64,000 bases of DNA from Candidatus Latescibacterota bacterium (GTDB lineage Bacteria; Latescibacterota; CBDEFO01). The position numbers were made by a program, and so were the translations under genes. Positions 51,373 to 60,494 of the stretch are shown here, piece by piece. Each line of letters begins with the position of its first letter. Position 1 is the first letter of the stretch. The notes below the pieces were generated by a model. That model did no database searches. It was not told the DNA's origin and saw only the letters and a list, made by a program, of their open reading frames with translations. The stretch spans positions 608,001 through 672,000 of the forward strand of contig CBDEFO010000007.1 of the NCBI GenBank assembly GCA_965237525.1, read 5' to 3'.

Positions 51373-52014
51373 ATGGATAAGATGAAAACTTTGCTATTTA
51401 CGGGTGGACAAATCCACGACTTTAAAGGATGTGGAGGGGCTATCGAGGAAGCGTTGAAAGAAGCTGGGCATTTCGACATCACCAAAGTGGAAGATGATAT
51501 GTCCGCGCTGGAAGCTCCCAATCTGGATCCGTACGACCTCATAGTCTTCTTTTACACTGTGGGGGAGATCTCCGATGCGCAGAAGAACGGTCTCTTAAAC
51601 TTCGTAGCCAGCGGGAAGGGATACGCCGGCGTCCACCCGGCGGGTGACTCATTCCGCGAGTGTCCGGAGTATCGGGCTATGGTCGGCGGTTACTTTGTCA
51701 CGCATCCCAAGTTTCGAGGGTATCAGGTGAGCGTGGTGGACACCGAGAATCCCATCACAGAGGGGTTGGACGAGTTCATGGTAGAAGATGAGCAGTATAT
51801 CTTAAGTTATGACTCGCGGGTGAACGTTCTCTGCTCCGCGCTCTGGGAGGGTAGGGCTGCGCCCGTCGCTTGGACCAAGGAATGGGGGAAAGGCCGCGTC
51901 TTTTACCTGGCTCTGGGACACAACCCCGATGCATGCCGACACGAGATGTTCAAGCTTCTGCTCCAGCGCGGGGCCCGCTGGGCGGGAACTGTACCTCCTG
52001 ATGACCCGGCGTAG
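51373..52014 (+). CDS. ThuA-like (class I glutamine amidotransferase-like) protein
   Basis: 'GG..HD', 'G.G..GVH', 'GG.F..HP', 'DEQY', 'WT..WGKGRVFY..LGH'. Confidence 0.88.
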   Translation: MDKMKTLLFTGGQIHDFKGCGGAIEEALKEAGHFDITKVEDDMSALEAPNLDPYDLIVFFYTVGEISDAQKNGLLNFVASGKGYAGVHPAGDSFRECPEYRAMVGGYFVTHPKFRGYQVSVVDTENPITEGLDEFMVEDEQYILSYDSRVNVLCSALWEGRAAPVAWTKEWGKGRVFYLALGHNPDACRHEMFKLLLQRGARWAGTVPPDDPA

Positions 52015-52058
52015 AACTGAATCAAAGGGTGATAAGAAGACACAAGGTGGGGACAGCC

Positions 52059-52154
52059 TTGAAATCCAAGGCGATGGTGTTAGAGGAGTTCAACCAGCCT
52101 CTGTCCTTGAAAATGGTCGAAAATCGAAAGACAGTTAAGGCTGTCTTTGTGTAA
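52059..52154 (+). pseudogene. 5' stub of a Zn-dependent dehydrogenase
   Basis: AGGTGG RBS + TTG: 'MKSKAMVLEEFNQPLSLKMVE', then runs into a hairpin and stops. Confidence 0.5.
52127..52148. terminator. Hairpin between convergent genes
   Basis: AAAGACAG-ttaagg-CTGTCTTT. Confidence 0.5.
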
Positions 52155-52174
52155 ATGGTAAATGTAAGCTCTTA

Positions 52175-52495
52175 TCATTTGTCATTGTCCTTATCCTCCT
52201 CATCTTTCACTACTTCGCCGGCGAATATCTCCTTTACAAGATGTATCCTTTTCAACTGCTGGGGAGTTATCTTGAAGCTCACAAGGCGCCTGCATTCGTC
52301 CACTGTATAAGCGGGCTCTGGCGCCACATCTTTGGTCTGATCCTCCCTTGCCACGATCCATATATGCTGCTTTAGGACCTTTGAGTAGACTTTTAATATC
52401 AGGCCCTTTTCCTCGATCTCTGAAAGATTCACATCAGAAGTCTCCACAACCTCAGCCGCTTGTTCATACGTTGCTTTCTCTATCTTTCCTTTCAC
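52175..52495 (-). CDS. Hypothetical protein (106 aa)
   Basis: Open frame with its own TTGACT-N17-TATATT promoter (52550-52578, minus strand). Confidence 0.65.
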   Translation of the reverse strand: MKGKIEKATYEQAAEVVETSDVNLSEIEEKGLILKVYSKVLKQHIWIVAREDQTKDVAPEPAYTVDECRRLVSFKITPQQLKRIHLVKEIFAGEVVKDEEDKDNDK

Positions 52496-52713
52496 AGGTG
52501 TCCTTCCAAGATGATGCTCAATTCAGGTTAAGAGATCTATACAAATGTTAATATACATAAAAGCAGGAAATAAGTCAACAAAGAGTCAATAGGGACCAAG
52601 TGCAAGCTACTTTTCAATAGGGCAAAATCGCTTGACTTTTTTACAAAAAGACCTTTTTATGAATAAGATATTTTGCAATCGGTCACTCATCTTGTTGAAG
52701 GGGATAAAAAGAG

Positions 52714-53523
52714 TTGGACAAGCCAATTACAAGCTTTAGAAATCCGTATATCAAATTCATACGCTCTTTAAAGCTGAAGAAATACAGAGACAAAGAGAAA
52801 AGATTTTTTATTGAAGGGATCAGGATAGTAGCGGCCGCAGCAAAATTTAACGCCCCTGTGGAATCTTTGATCTTCTGTCCTGCAAAGCTGGAAAGCCTGA
52901 GAGCTATCGCTTTAGTTGAGAGTTTAAGAAAAGAGGGCATAAAGACGGTATCTGTGGAGGAAGATCTCTTCGGGAAGCTCTCAGAGCGGGAAAACCCACA
53001 GGGGATAGGCGCTGTCGTCCGCCAATGGGAAACCCGATTGGATCAGATTGTGGTCCGCGGATGTCCTCTCATTGTAGCTATTGATGGCGCTGAGGGACCT
53101 GGGAATTTAGGCACCGTAATACGTACCGCAGATGGAGCCGGGGCGTCAGGAGTAATAGCCTCCGGGCAGATGGTAGACCTCTACAATCCAGCTACTATTC
53201 GATCCAGTATGGGCTCTTTTTTCTCCCTTCCGGTCGTAACCTGCAAGGACAGAGCTAAGGCCTTTAAATGGCTCAAAGACAACAAAATAGCCATCGTCGC
53301 TACATCTCCGAACGCGGATGTCTGCTACTTCGACACAGACTATACGAAACCGACAGCAATATTGATGGGAAACGAAGCCAAAGGACTCGATAAGGAGGCT
53401 CTTGAGGGTGCCGATATAGTCGTTAAAATCCCGATGGCAGGGAGCACTGACTCCCTCAATGTAGCCGCTGCCTCCGCTGCAGTCATTTACGAAGCTGTGA
53501 GACAGAGGTTGAAAGGGCGATAG
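52714..53523 (+). CDS. TrmH/SpoU-family RNA methyltransferase
   Basis: 'PGNLGTVIRTADGAG', 'RSSMGS.F', 'GNEAKGL', 'IPM.G..DSLNVA'. Confidence 0.93.
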   Translation: MDKPITSFRNPYIKFIRSLKLKKYRDKEKRFFIEGIRIVAAAAKFNAPVESLIFCPAKLESLRAIALVESLRKEGIKTVSVEEDLFGKLSERENPQGIGAVVRQWETRLDQIVVRGCPLIVAIDGAEGPGNLGTVIRTADGAGASGVIASGQMVDLYNPATIRSSMGSFFSLPVVTCKDRAKAFKWLKDNKIAIVATSPNADVCYFDTDYTKPTAILMGNEAKGLDKEALEGADIVVKIPMAGSTDSLNVAAASAAVIYEAVRQRLKGR

Positions 53524-54575
53524 GCCTAAGCATATTAAAGGGACTTCCAAACATCCAGAGGATTTTAATCATACAGACGGCTTTTATAGGTGACGTTATT
53601 CTGACAACACCTCTTCTGAGAGCTGTCAAAGACAATTTCCCCAAAGCAAGGATTTCCTTCCTTTTGATTCCTACCACTGCTGAGATTGTAGAGACCAATC
53701 CCAATGTGGATGAACTAATCATATATGACAAAGGGGGCCAAGACAGAGGAATCCGGGGGATGTTCAGGATTATCCGTGTCCTTAAGAGCAAGAAGTTCGA
53801 TCTGACTTTTATCCCGCACCGCTCCATAAGGAGCGCTCTCATAGCAAGATGCGCTAACATACCAAAAAGAATTGGTTTTCACAACAGCGCGGGATCGTTT
53901 CTTTACTCTGATGTTGTGGGGCACCGAAGTGGAGTCGGCGTCCATGAAATAGAACGCAATCTGGATCTTATCGCTATCTTCAAGGCAAGTATAGGGAGCA
54001 CCAGACCTGAAATCTTTCCCGATGATAAAGATAAGAAGAGGGTCTCTGCGTTCTTGAAGGAGAGCCGGAAATCTCCTTCTAAACCGATTATAGCGGTTGC
54101 GCCTGGTTCTGTGTGGGCAACCAAAAGGTGGCTATGTGATCGCTTTGCTGAGGTGTCGAATCGTCTTATCGAAGAAGAGGATGCCGAGATAGTGTTGATC
54201 GGCGGTGCAGAGGACGAAAAGCTCTGCCGGCATATAGCCTCAAATTTGGACTTTGCTCCTATAATAGCCGCAGGCAGGCTGACACTTCGACAATCTGCTG
54301 AACTCTTGAAAAGGTGCCACCTTCTCCTTTCCAACGACAGTGCCCCTGTTCATCTATCCTCAGCCGTAGGCACTCCAGTAGTCTCTATATTCGGACCTAC
54401 AGTCAAAGACTTTGGATTTTACCCTTATGGAGAGAGAAACACAGTCGTTGAGATTGAACTCTACTGCCGCCCCTGCGGATCTCACGGAGGCAATAAGTGC
54501 CCCGAGGGTCACTTCAGGTGTATGAGAGAGATAACTGCAGATAACGTTTTAGGCAGGATAAGAGACATCAAATAG
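53520..54575 (+). CDS. waaF: LPS heptosyltransferase II (GT9)
   Basis: 'RILIIQTAFIGDVILTTPLL' upstream of the ORF-track start, 'APGSVWATKRW', 'NDSAPVH', 'CRPC..HG...CP..HF.CM'; start codon uncertain (ATA). Confidence 0.85.
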   Translation: MGLSILKGLPNIQRILIIQTAFIGDVILTTPLLRAVKDNFPKARISFLLIPTTAEIVETNPNVDELIIYDKGGQDRGIRGMFRIIRVLKSKKFDLTFIPHRSIRSALIARCANIPKRIGFHNSAGSFLYSDVVGHRSGVGVHEIERNLDLIAIFKASIGSTRPEIFPDDKDKKRVSAFLKESRKSPSKPIIAVAPGSVWATKRWLCDRFAEVSNRLIEEEDAEIVLIGGAEDEKLCRHIASNLDFAPIIAAGRLTLRQSAELLKRCHLLLSNDSAPVHLSSAVGTPVVSIFGPTVKDFGFYPYGERNTVVEIELYCRPCGSHGGNKCPEGHFRCMREITADNVLGRIRDIK

Positions 54576-54799
54576 GCCACAAGTTTCCCAGCTACACTGC
54601 ACATTCTGAAGGATGTAACTCATCAGTTTTCTCCAAGAAGTTCTCCGACCACTTCGCCACTTCGTGGTTTGCTAGCTCCCCAGCAAGGTGGCCCCGCCAC
54701 CCAGCGGATGGTTTGCTGGCACTTCGCGCCCCTTGCAAAAAGGGGTGGCAGAAACGCACGAAGTGCCCACGTCACCTTTTTGCGGCTTTGTCAAAAATT

Positions 54800-55540
54800 A
54801 TGTATCAATCAATCTTGTTATTCTTCCTGACACTTGCTGCAGGATCGATATTAGATGGCAGCACCGCTCAGGTTGTAAGGAGAGAGCATCTCATTGTTGC
54901 CGACTTCTCAAATGTCGGAGAACCCGGTCAGTTCCCGTCTGGATGGGGTTCCAGGGGAGGAGACGGGATAGAGGTGTATCGCCTTGAATCTGAGGATGGC
55001 GATCTTTTTTTGAGAGCGGAATCCGTAGGTAAGTCTGTAACTGCCGGGCTGGAGTGCACGATCAACCTGAGGGTTCATCATATCTTGCAGTGGAGGTGGA
55101 GAGTCCACAAAATCCCTTCGTCCGCCGACGAACGAGACAGGAAAAAAAATGACAACGCCGCCGCTGTCTATATCGTCTTTAAGGGAGGGATAATACCCAA
55201 AACTCTAAAATACGTGTGGAGCTCGTCGCTGCCTGTCGGTACTACACTGGAAAGTCCACGAAGCAGGCGCACGAAGATTGTAGTCTTAGAAAGCGGAAAA
55301 GAAAGGACAGGAACCTGGGTAGAAGAGACTGTCAACGCATACCAGGACTATAAAACGCTCGTTGGAAGCGAGCCACGGATGGTGAAGGCTATCGCCATCC
55401 TCAGCGATTCTGACGATACCAAAGAGCCGGTGATGGCCGATTACGACGATATAGTCTTTTTCACTCCAGACAGAGTTAATCCCGAAAAGGTGAAAACTGT
55501 AAAGATAGACAATCCAGAAGGGGGAATCAAAAATGAATAA
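54800..55540 (+). CDS. DUF3047-type exported protein
   Basis: Signal peptide; 'L.WRWRV', 'D.AAAVY..F', 'LKYVWS..LPVGT', 'DSDDT'. Confidence 0.8.
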   Translation: MYQSILLFFLTLAAGSILDGSTAQVVRREHLIVADFSNVGEPGQFPSGWGSRGGDGIEVYRLESEDGDLFLRAESVGKSVTAGLECTINLRVHHILQWRWRVHKIPSSADERDRKKNDNAAAVYIVFKGGIIPKTLKYVWSSSLPVGTTLESPRSRRTKIVVLESGKERTGTWVEETVNAYQDYKTLVGSEPRMVKAIAILSDSDDTKEPVMADYDDIVFFTPDRVNPEKVKTVKIDNPEGGIKNE

Positions 55541-56699
55541 GAATTTGTCCTTTGTACTTGCACTGGTCTCGATTCTCACTGTAACCTTGCGGGTCTTTGC
55601 GCAGAACGTCTCGGTCTCTGATTACAGTGTTCCTGTCAGCCAAGCCGACAATCTCAGAATAGACGCCTTTAACTTTAACTATATCACGTCAGGCTCGAAG
55701 GTCACCGGAGAGTCCGGTAATTTGGGGGTTATCTATAAAAACTTTTACGACTCCCTCCCTTTTGCCTACTCCCTGGACTTTATCGGCTCAGGAACCCTCA
55801 ACAAGGATGTTCCAAAAGACAAGATCCTAACTGACTTTACCACCGATTTTTCAGCCAGGGTAAAAAAGTACGTAAAAAGCGACGGCAATCTATTCGGATT
55901 CGGAGATGTGGACCACGATTTCAATAAGCCCTTCGACAGGCCATCTGTGGACCTTACAATTGGCGTTGGCTACGGACGCTCCATAAACGCTACTGCCCTT
56001 GCAAAAGCCGTAAGGATAGAGGACTTCTTCCTTGCGGAAGGCCTAATCTTTGAACAGCTTCCCAAAGAGACAGTGATAGAACTCGGTCACATCATCGAAA
56101 GAAGATCCGAATACGAAGATGTCAATGGAACTCGGTACGAAAACTACTGGTTTGAAGATATGGAAAACGCCATCGGAAAGTCCAGAATACTGGGAGAGAG
56201 TTTAGGAGCTATAGGGATACTGAGGATGAGAGAGGTGCTCTTTCAGGAGAGAATAAATGACAGGTTCTACGGATGGGAAACCACCGCAGGGATCAAATTC
56301 CAACTCCTTGCGGAAATGAAAGGTATGAAGCGACGGGATCCTTCTGCCGCTATCGGGTTTAGGTGCTCCCGTCCGTTAAACTGGACAACGCAGGTCAACG
56401 CACGATTCGAGTTCAGCACGCCTTTTACAGGAGACTTTGCAGAACTCTACAACACGTCCTTTATCACGGACTTCATCTACGAACTTACAAACAAAATAGA
56501 TTTCACGCTCCGCTACCTGGTAAGGGCCAATAAATCTAATAAAGATATAGACACAGACACTGTCAACTCATTAGGGGCCGCGATTACCTTCTTCCTGGAG
56601 AACAAGATCAATCTCACTATAAGCGAACAGTTCGACAAGGAGGACAAAAAAAGGATAGAACAGCAGTTCAATATAACGCTCAATTATAGAGTGTTCTGA
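55533..56699 (+). CDS. Putative outer-membrane beta-barrel protein
   Basis: Signal peptide ('VFAQ'), alternating beta-strand pattern, C-terminal 'LNYRVF'. Confidence 0.7.
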   Translation: MNKNLSFVLALVSILTVTLRVFAQNVSVSDYSVPVSQADNLRIDAFNFNYITSGSKVTGESGNLGVIYKNFYDSLPFAYSLDFIGSGTLNKDVPKDKILTDFTTDFSARVKKYVKSDGNLFGFGDVDHDFNKPFDRPSVDLTIGVGYGRSINATALAKAVRIEDFFLAEGLIFEQLPKETVIELGHIIERRSEYEDVNGTRYENYWFEDMENAIGKSRILGESLGAIGILRMREVLFQERINDRFYGWETTAGIKFQLLAEMKGMKRRDPSAAIGFRCSRPLNWTTQVNARFEFSTPFTGDFAELYNTSFITDFIYELTNKIDFTLRYLVRANKSNKDIDTDTVNSLGAAITFFLENKINLTISEQFDKEDKKRIEQQFNITLNYRVF

Positions 56700-56980
56700 G
56701 CACAGGCCAAAAACCGATGTCCGCTGCGCCTGCAGGACTCTCTTGCGGACCTGCCACTGTTGCCCAAAAAATGTAATACTGCTTTACCCAGTTCTGCTAC
56801 TCGGAGAAGATCTGACCTGGAAGAATTCCTTGCGGATTACCTACTTCTGGTAAAGCGACAACTCTTGTAAATGCTGCAAGTTTAGTCCCATCTGGAAGGG
56901 GTTTATCACATTCCCAATCTCCCTTCAACATAGATTGAGAGTGGGATTCTATTTGCAGCTTCTACTTTGTAGCGGTTGAA

Positions 56981-58268
56981 TATCAAATGAAATCGGTGCA
57001 CCTAATTTGATCTTTGTTTAGAGTATTAGTAGATTAAGTTGAGTTGATTGTCTTAACTTTAATCTACGGAGTCCTATGGACAAAGAGAGATTGGCCGTAT
57101 TAAGACAAGAAGTCAACGAGATGTATTTTAAGAAAGAAATGTCAAAGCGAGAAGTTATCAAACAAGCGAGAGTTTCCAATGATTTCGTTACGGCTTGGAC
57201 TAAATCTCTGGATCAGGATTTTGCCATGGATAATCGGGGTTGGCCAAAAGGAAAAAGGCGAAAATTGGCTAAAGTTGACGAACAGAGAATCAAAGAGATT
57301 TACCATAGCTTAGAGGACGATCCTTATCAGTTCTATTCAGGAGCCACTGTTATTGAACAAGAATGGAGGAATCGATATTCTAGCACCCCTCCTCCGTCGT
57401 TGCCGACTATCGGCAGAATGCTTTCAGATTTAGGACTTTCCCAGAGAAGGAAGAAAGGTAAAAACAAGGGTGCATCTCGTTATCTTTGTTATCCAGAGTA
57501 TACCATTTACTATCTTTCAGGAGGCAGAGTCCTAGAATCAGACTTTATTGGTAAAAAGTATCTTACCGGCAGAACTGAGCCGGTCAACTTCGTTGGATTT
57601 TCCTTTAAGAAAGAGCCTAAGTTAAGGTATTTTCGGCGGGTTGACGGTCAAACAGCAACTAACTTTATCGAGAAGTGTCAGTCTTTCTTTGACAGGTTTG
57701 AAAAACCAGATTTCGTTAAGGTGGACAATTGCTCGGCGACTATTGGCAGTGTTTCAGGTAAAAGGAATGTCAGCAAAGCAATGCAGTTTCTCTTGAAAAA
57801 TCAAGTGATTCCGATATTTGCCGTTCCCAGAAGGCCCTTTTCTCAAGCATCTATAGAAGGCAACAATTCTGTATTTTCAAGGAAGTTCTGGAACAGAATT
57901 CAGTTCAAAAGCTTACAAGAAGTTGATCAGAAGTTAGAATGGTTTAATCTTTCATCACAGAGATACACCGGCTACCGTCCACCTAAGCAAGAGAAGTCAA
58001 ACGAGAAAGATTTCATTCCCAAGACCTATTTTATCAGACAAGTCAAACAGGACACAGAACAGACAGATAAAGCCTTTATCGATGTCCTAAATGAGAAAGT
58101 ATCTCTTCCCTCCTCTTACACCAACTACTTTGTCCTGGCTGAATGGAACCTAAAAGAAGAACAATTATACATCCATTTTGAAAAAGAACAGAAACCAAAG
58201 ATTGTCGAAAACCTATCATTCAAGATCAATCAAAGATCGAAAGAGAAGTGCACCGATTTCATTTGATA
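56981..58268 (+). mobile_element. IS element with rve-type transposase (IS481-like)
   Basis: Perfect 21-bp IRs TATCAAATGAAATCGGTGCAC / GTGCACCGATTTCATTTGATA enclosing a single ORF. Confidence 0.88.
57076..58266 (+). CDS. DDE transposase (integrase-core-like)
   Basis: N-terminal HTH; 'PS..TIGR.L'; candidate catalytic residues in 'ESDF', 'VDN', 'SIEGNN'; stop codon lies in the right IR. Confidence 0.82.
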   Translation: MDKERLAVLRQEVNEMYFKKEMSKREVIKQARVSNDFVTAWTKSLDQDFAMDNRGWPKGKRRKLAKVDEQRIKEIYHSLEDDPYQFYSGATVIEQEWRNRYSSTPPPSLPTIGRMLSDLGLSQRRKKGKNKGASRYLCYPEYTIYYLSGGRVLESDFIGKKYLTGRTEPVNFVGFSFKKEPKLRYFRRVDGQTATNFIEKCQSFFDRFEKPDFVKVDNCSATIGSVSGKRNVSKAMQFLLKNQVIPIFAVPRRPFSQASIEGNNSVFSRKFWNRIQFKSLQEVDQKLEWFNLSSQRYTGYRPPKQEKSNEKDFIPKTYFIRQVKQDTEQTDKAFIDVLNEKVSLPSSYTNYFVLAEWNLKEEQLYIHFEKEQKPKIVENLSFKINQRSKEKCTDFI

Positions 58269-58729
58269 AATAACCTGTAGCCCCATAGGGCTCATATTCA
58301 AGAGGCAAGGGACAAAGGTCAGATTTTGATCAATTTGGAAAGAATATAAAATAAGATATCAGCTGTCAATTAAATTGTGCGGTGGATGGTCGGGTCAACA
58401 ACAGACGTTAGCCCCAAGAATAGGCCTGATAATTTTCAGCGTCGATGCCTTCACTGGAGTGTCGCTCCGCGAACAACCACGGCTTCCACCTGGCTACCTG
58501 CGACAGTCAATAGTTTCGCGTTCACTAAAATTATTTGTGATCAACTCCATTGTGATCCAATTTGTTGCTGCTCATGACGTTGTACTAAATAATCCAAGAC
58601 GTTCGTCCAGCTCATTACCTTGTCCCGCTAGATCTTGAGGGTGAGCGGCGATCGTTTCCCAAAGTAAAGTCTCTTGCCTCTCAGGCCGGTTGGTGACGTT
58701 CTCGCAGTAGATTTCACGAAGTGGAGAGA

Positions 58730-59455
58730 TCATCTCGGAACCCAAGTAGCAAAGTAGGTCGGCGACCACTTGCGCGTCAGTTGGAAAACGCGCTCCCTTA
58801 CACAGCCGTGGTCTGGGGAAACCTCGATGTCGATATACGCCTCGGCCCCCGCTACAGTGGGAAATTCCGCCAGCCAGACGCGGTGCCAGATGGCCTGGGG
58901 GGCCATCAGCTTAAAACACTCCAGCCGCATCAAACCATGCTGGTGGGTTACAGAGCGCATGCCCTCGATGTAGTCGTCTTCCAGCCGCTTTTCTCCAAAG
59001 CCGTGTGTCGGCTCCCCACGTTCGAAGAGCACCACAACCACACTGCCAAAGTCTACCCTTAGTTCCGGAACTTGGCGGGGATCAACGTCTTCCGGTACGA
59101 CCACCGAAGGCGCAGCGTTCGCTACCCAGTCGGTGCAAAACTCCGGCCGGTAGCTACGCGCCAGGTAGTATTCGTAGTACCCATAGCGACCATAGGGCGG
59201 CGCCATCTCTGCCTCAATCCATGCCTCGGCGCCCGCTAACGTCGGAAACTCAATGATCCAGAAGCGCTCCCAAGTGCTTTGCGGCGCCATCAAACGGAAC
59301 CCTTCGAGGTGCTGCAGCCTGTATTTGTGCGCAATTCCCAGCATCAGATCCACGTGTTCCTGCTGATAAGCTTCCTGCTCATGGGGCGACACGCTGTGCC
59401 AGCTCGATAGCCGGCCACCTTTGTAGAGGACGACAATAGATTCGTCAGTTTCCAT
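58730..59455 (-). CDS. Hypothetical protein with two internally repeated alpha/beta domains
   Basis: 'LEGFRLMAPQ..W.R.W..EFPTLAGAEAWI..E..P' occurs twice; AAGGA RBS. Confidence 0.75.
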   Translation of the reverse strand: METDESIVVLYKGGRLSSWHSVSPHEQEAYQQEHVDLMLGIAHKYRLQHLEGFRLMAPQSTWERFWIIEFPTLAGAEAWIEAEMAPPYGRYGYYEYYLARSYRPEFCTDWVANAAPSVVVPEDVDPRQVPELRVDFGSVVVVLFERGEPTHGFGEKRLEDDYIEGMRSVTHQHGLMRLECFKLMAPQAIWHRVWLAEFPTVAGAEAYIDIEVSPDHGCVRERVFQLTRKWSPTYFATWVPR

Positions 59456-59803
59456 CTAATTTATCCTTCTGTGGTTATTCTGTCGACAGATGATCTTTGA
59501 GCAGAAAAATCGGTAATAGAGTCAATTAGGATGAAGTTAATTCCTATACACTGTGGATCTCACAGCAAGACACTCTTGCCTGCGGATTCCGGTGACTTTA
59601 GTCTGTAATTTAGGCTCGATTGCAAATGGCTAGTCAGACTATGCGACCTGATGAAAGCAGGCGAAAGAGCCAGCCACTATTCAGAGCCGTTCTTGGCGGC
59701 GAGGTCGAATTTGGAGGTCGTGCCTTCACAGGGGGAATGATCAGGTATTTGTTATCGCCCCGGCAGATGCATCTAGCGTCGACTCGCGCAGGGGTAGCCA
59801 CGT

Positions 59804-60030
59804 CTACATGACGAATTCGTGCATATCGCCGATCCACTTGATCCCGGTGGGTCCGGGTACTTCGCATGCTCCCCCCATGGCAAAAATGAGGTCGCCCACC
59901 GTAGCCGCATCCAGCCACGCCTTCGCCTCCGGCAACGGCGCTTCGCGGATCCACATGTCCGCGTCGATGTCGTAGACTTCGGTCGTGTTGGTGTAGTGAT
60001 CGATAGGGTCGTCTCCTTCGTTCATGTGAC
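59804..60030 (-). pseudogene. Orphan 3' fragment of a kelch-repeat protein
   Basis: 'NTTEVYDIDADMW...APLP......AATVGD.IFAMGG'; abrupt AT-rich to GC-rich junction near 60030; no convincing RBS. Confidence 0.65.
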
Positions 60031-60209
60031 CTTCGGACAATGAAATTCAACATTAGTACTTCCATCAAATCGCATATTGATCGTTTCACCTTCTGAATGA
60101 TCAATATGTATCCGCAATTTTGTGAGTGTTATTTATTGTAATATAATATGTTGTGCCAACATTGACAACCATTCTTAGAGCTTAATATGCGATTGAAGGG
60201 TAATATTTC

Positions 60210-60238
60210 TTGACGAAAGTTATGGATGAATGTATCTT
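60210..60238 (+). promoter_or_regulatory. sigma70-like promoter
   Basis: TTGACG-N17-TATCTT. Confidence 0.5.
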
Positions 60239-60494
60239 ATGTGACTGTACGGGGAGTTATTCTGATGGGTAGACTCCATAGCGCGGCAAAGGTGAGACGG
60301 GCAATGCTGGCGTTTTCGATTTAGGTGTGGCCGCGAACGAACATGAGGGGATTCAGGAGTCCTCATTACGTTTCATGACCAGTAAATCCTGACTGGAGCC
60401 TACGGTGATGACTACAGAGAGTGAAAGCTCTGAGCCTGAACAACGTCGGGATGTGAGGAGGCTTAGGTTAGACTTTTCGGATAAGGAGATGGGC

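Noticed and set aside
56700..56870. Possible further orphan 3' gene tail ('..RRSDLEEFLADYLLLVKRQLL*')
   Set aside because: No matching gene in the window and no recognisable family motif; too weak to call
58395..58420. Integron attC-like GTTAGCC/GGCTAAC box (also GCCTAAC near 508)
   Set aside because: No complementary partner box or bottom-strand hairpin, and no integron integrase
59646..59670. Hammerhead ribozyme core (CTGATGA...GAAA)
   Set aside because: The intervening AAGCAGGC cannot form stem II, and no flanking stems were found
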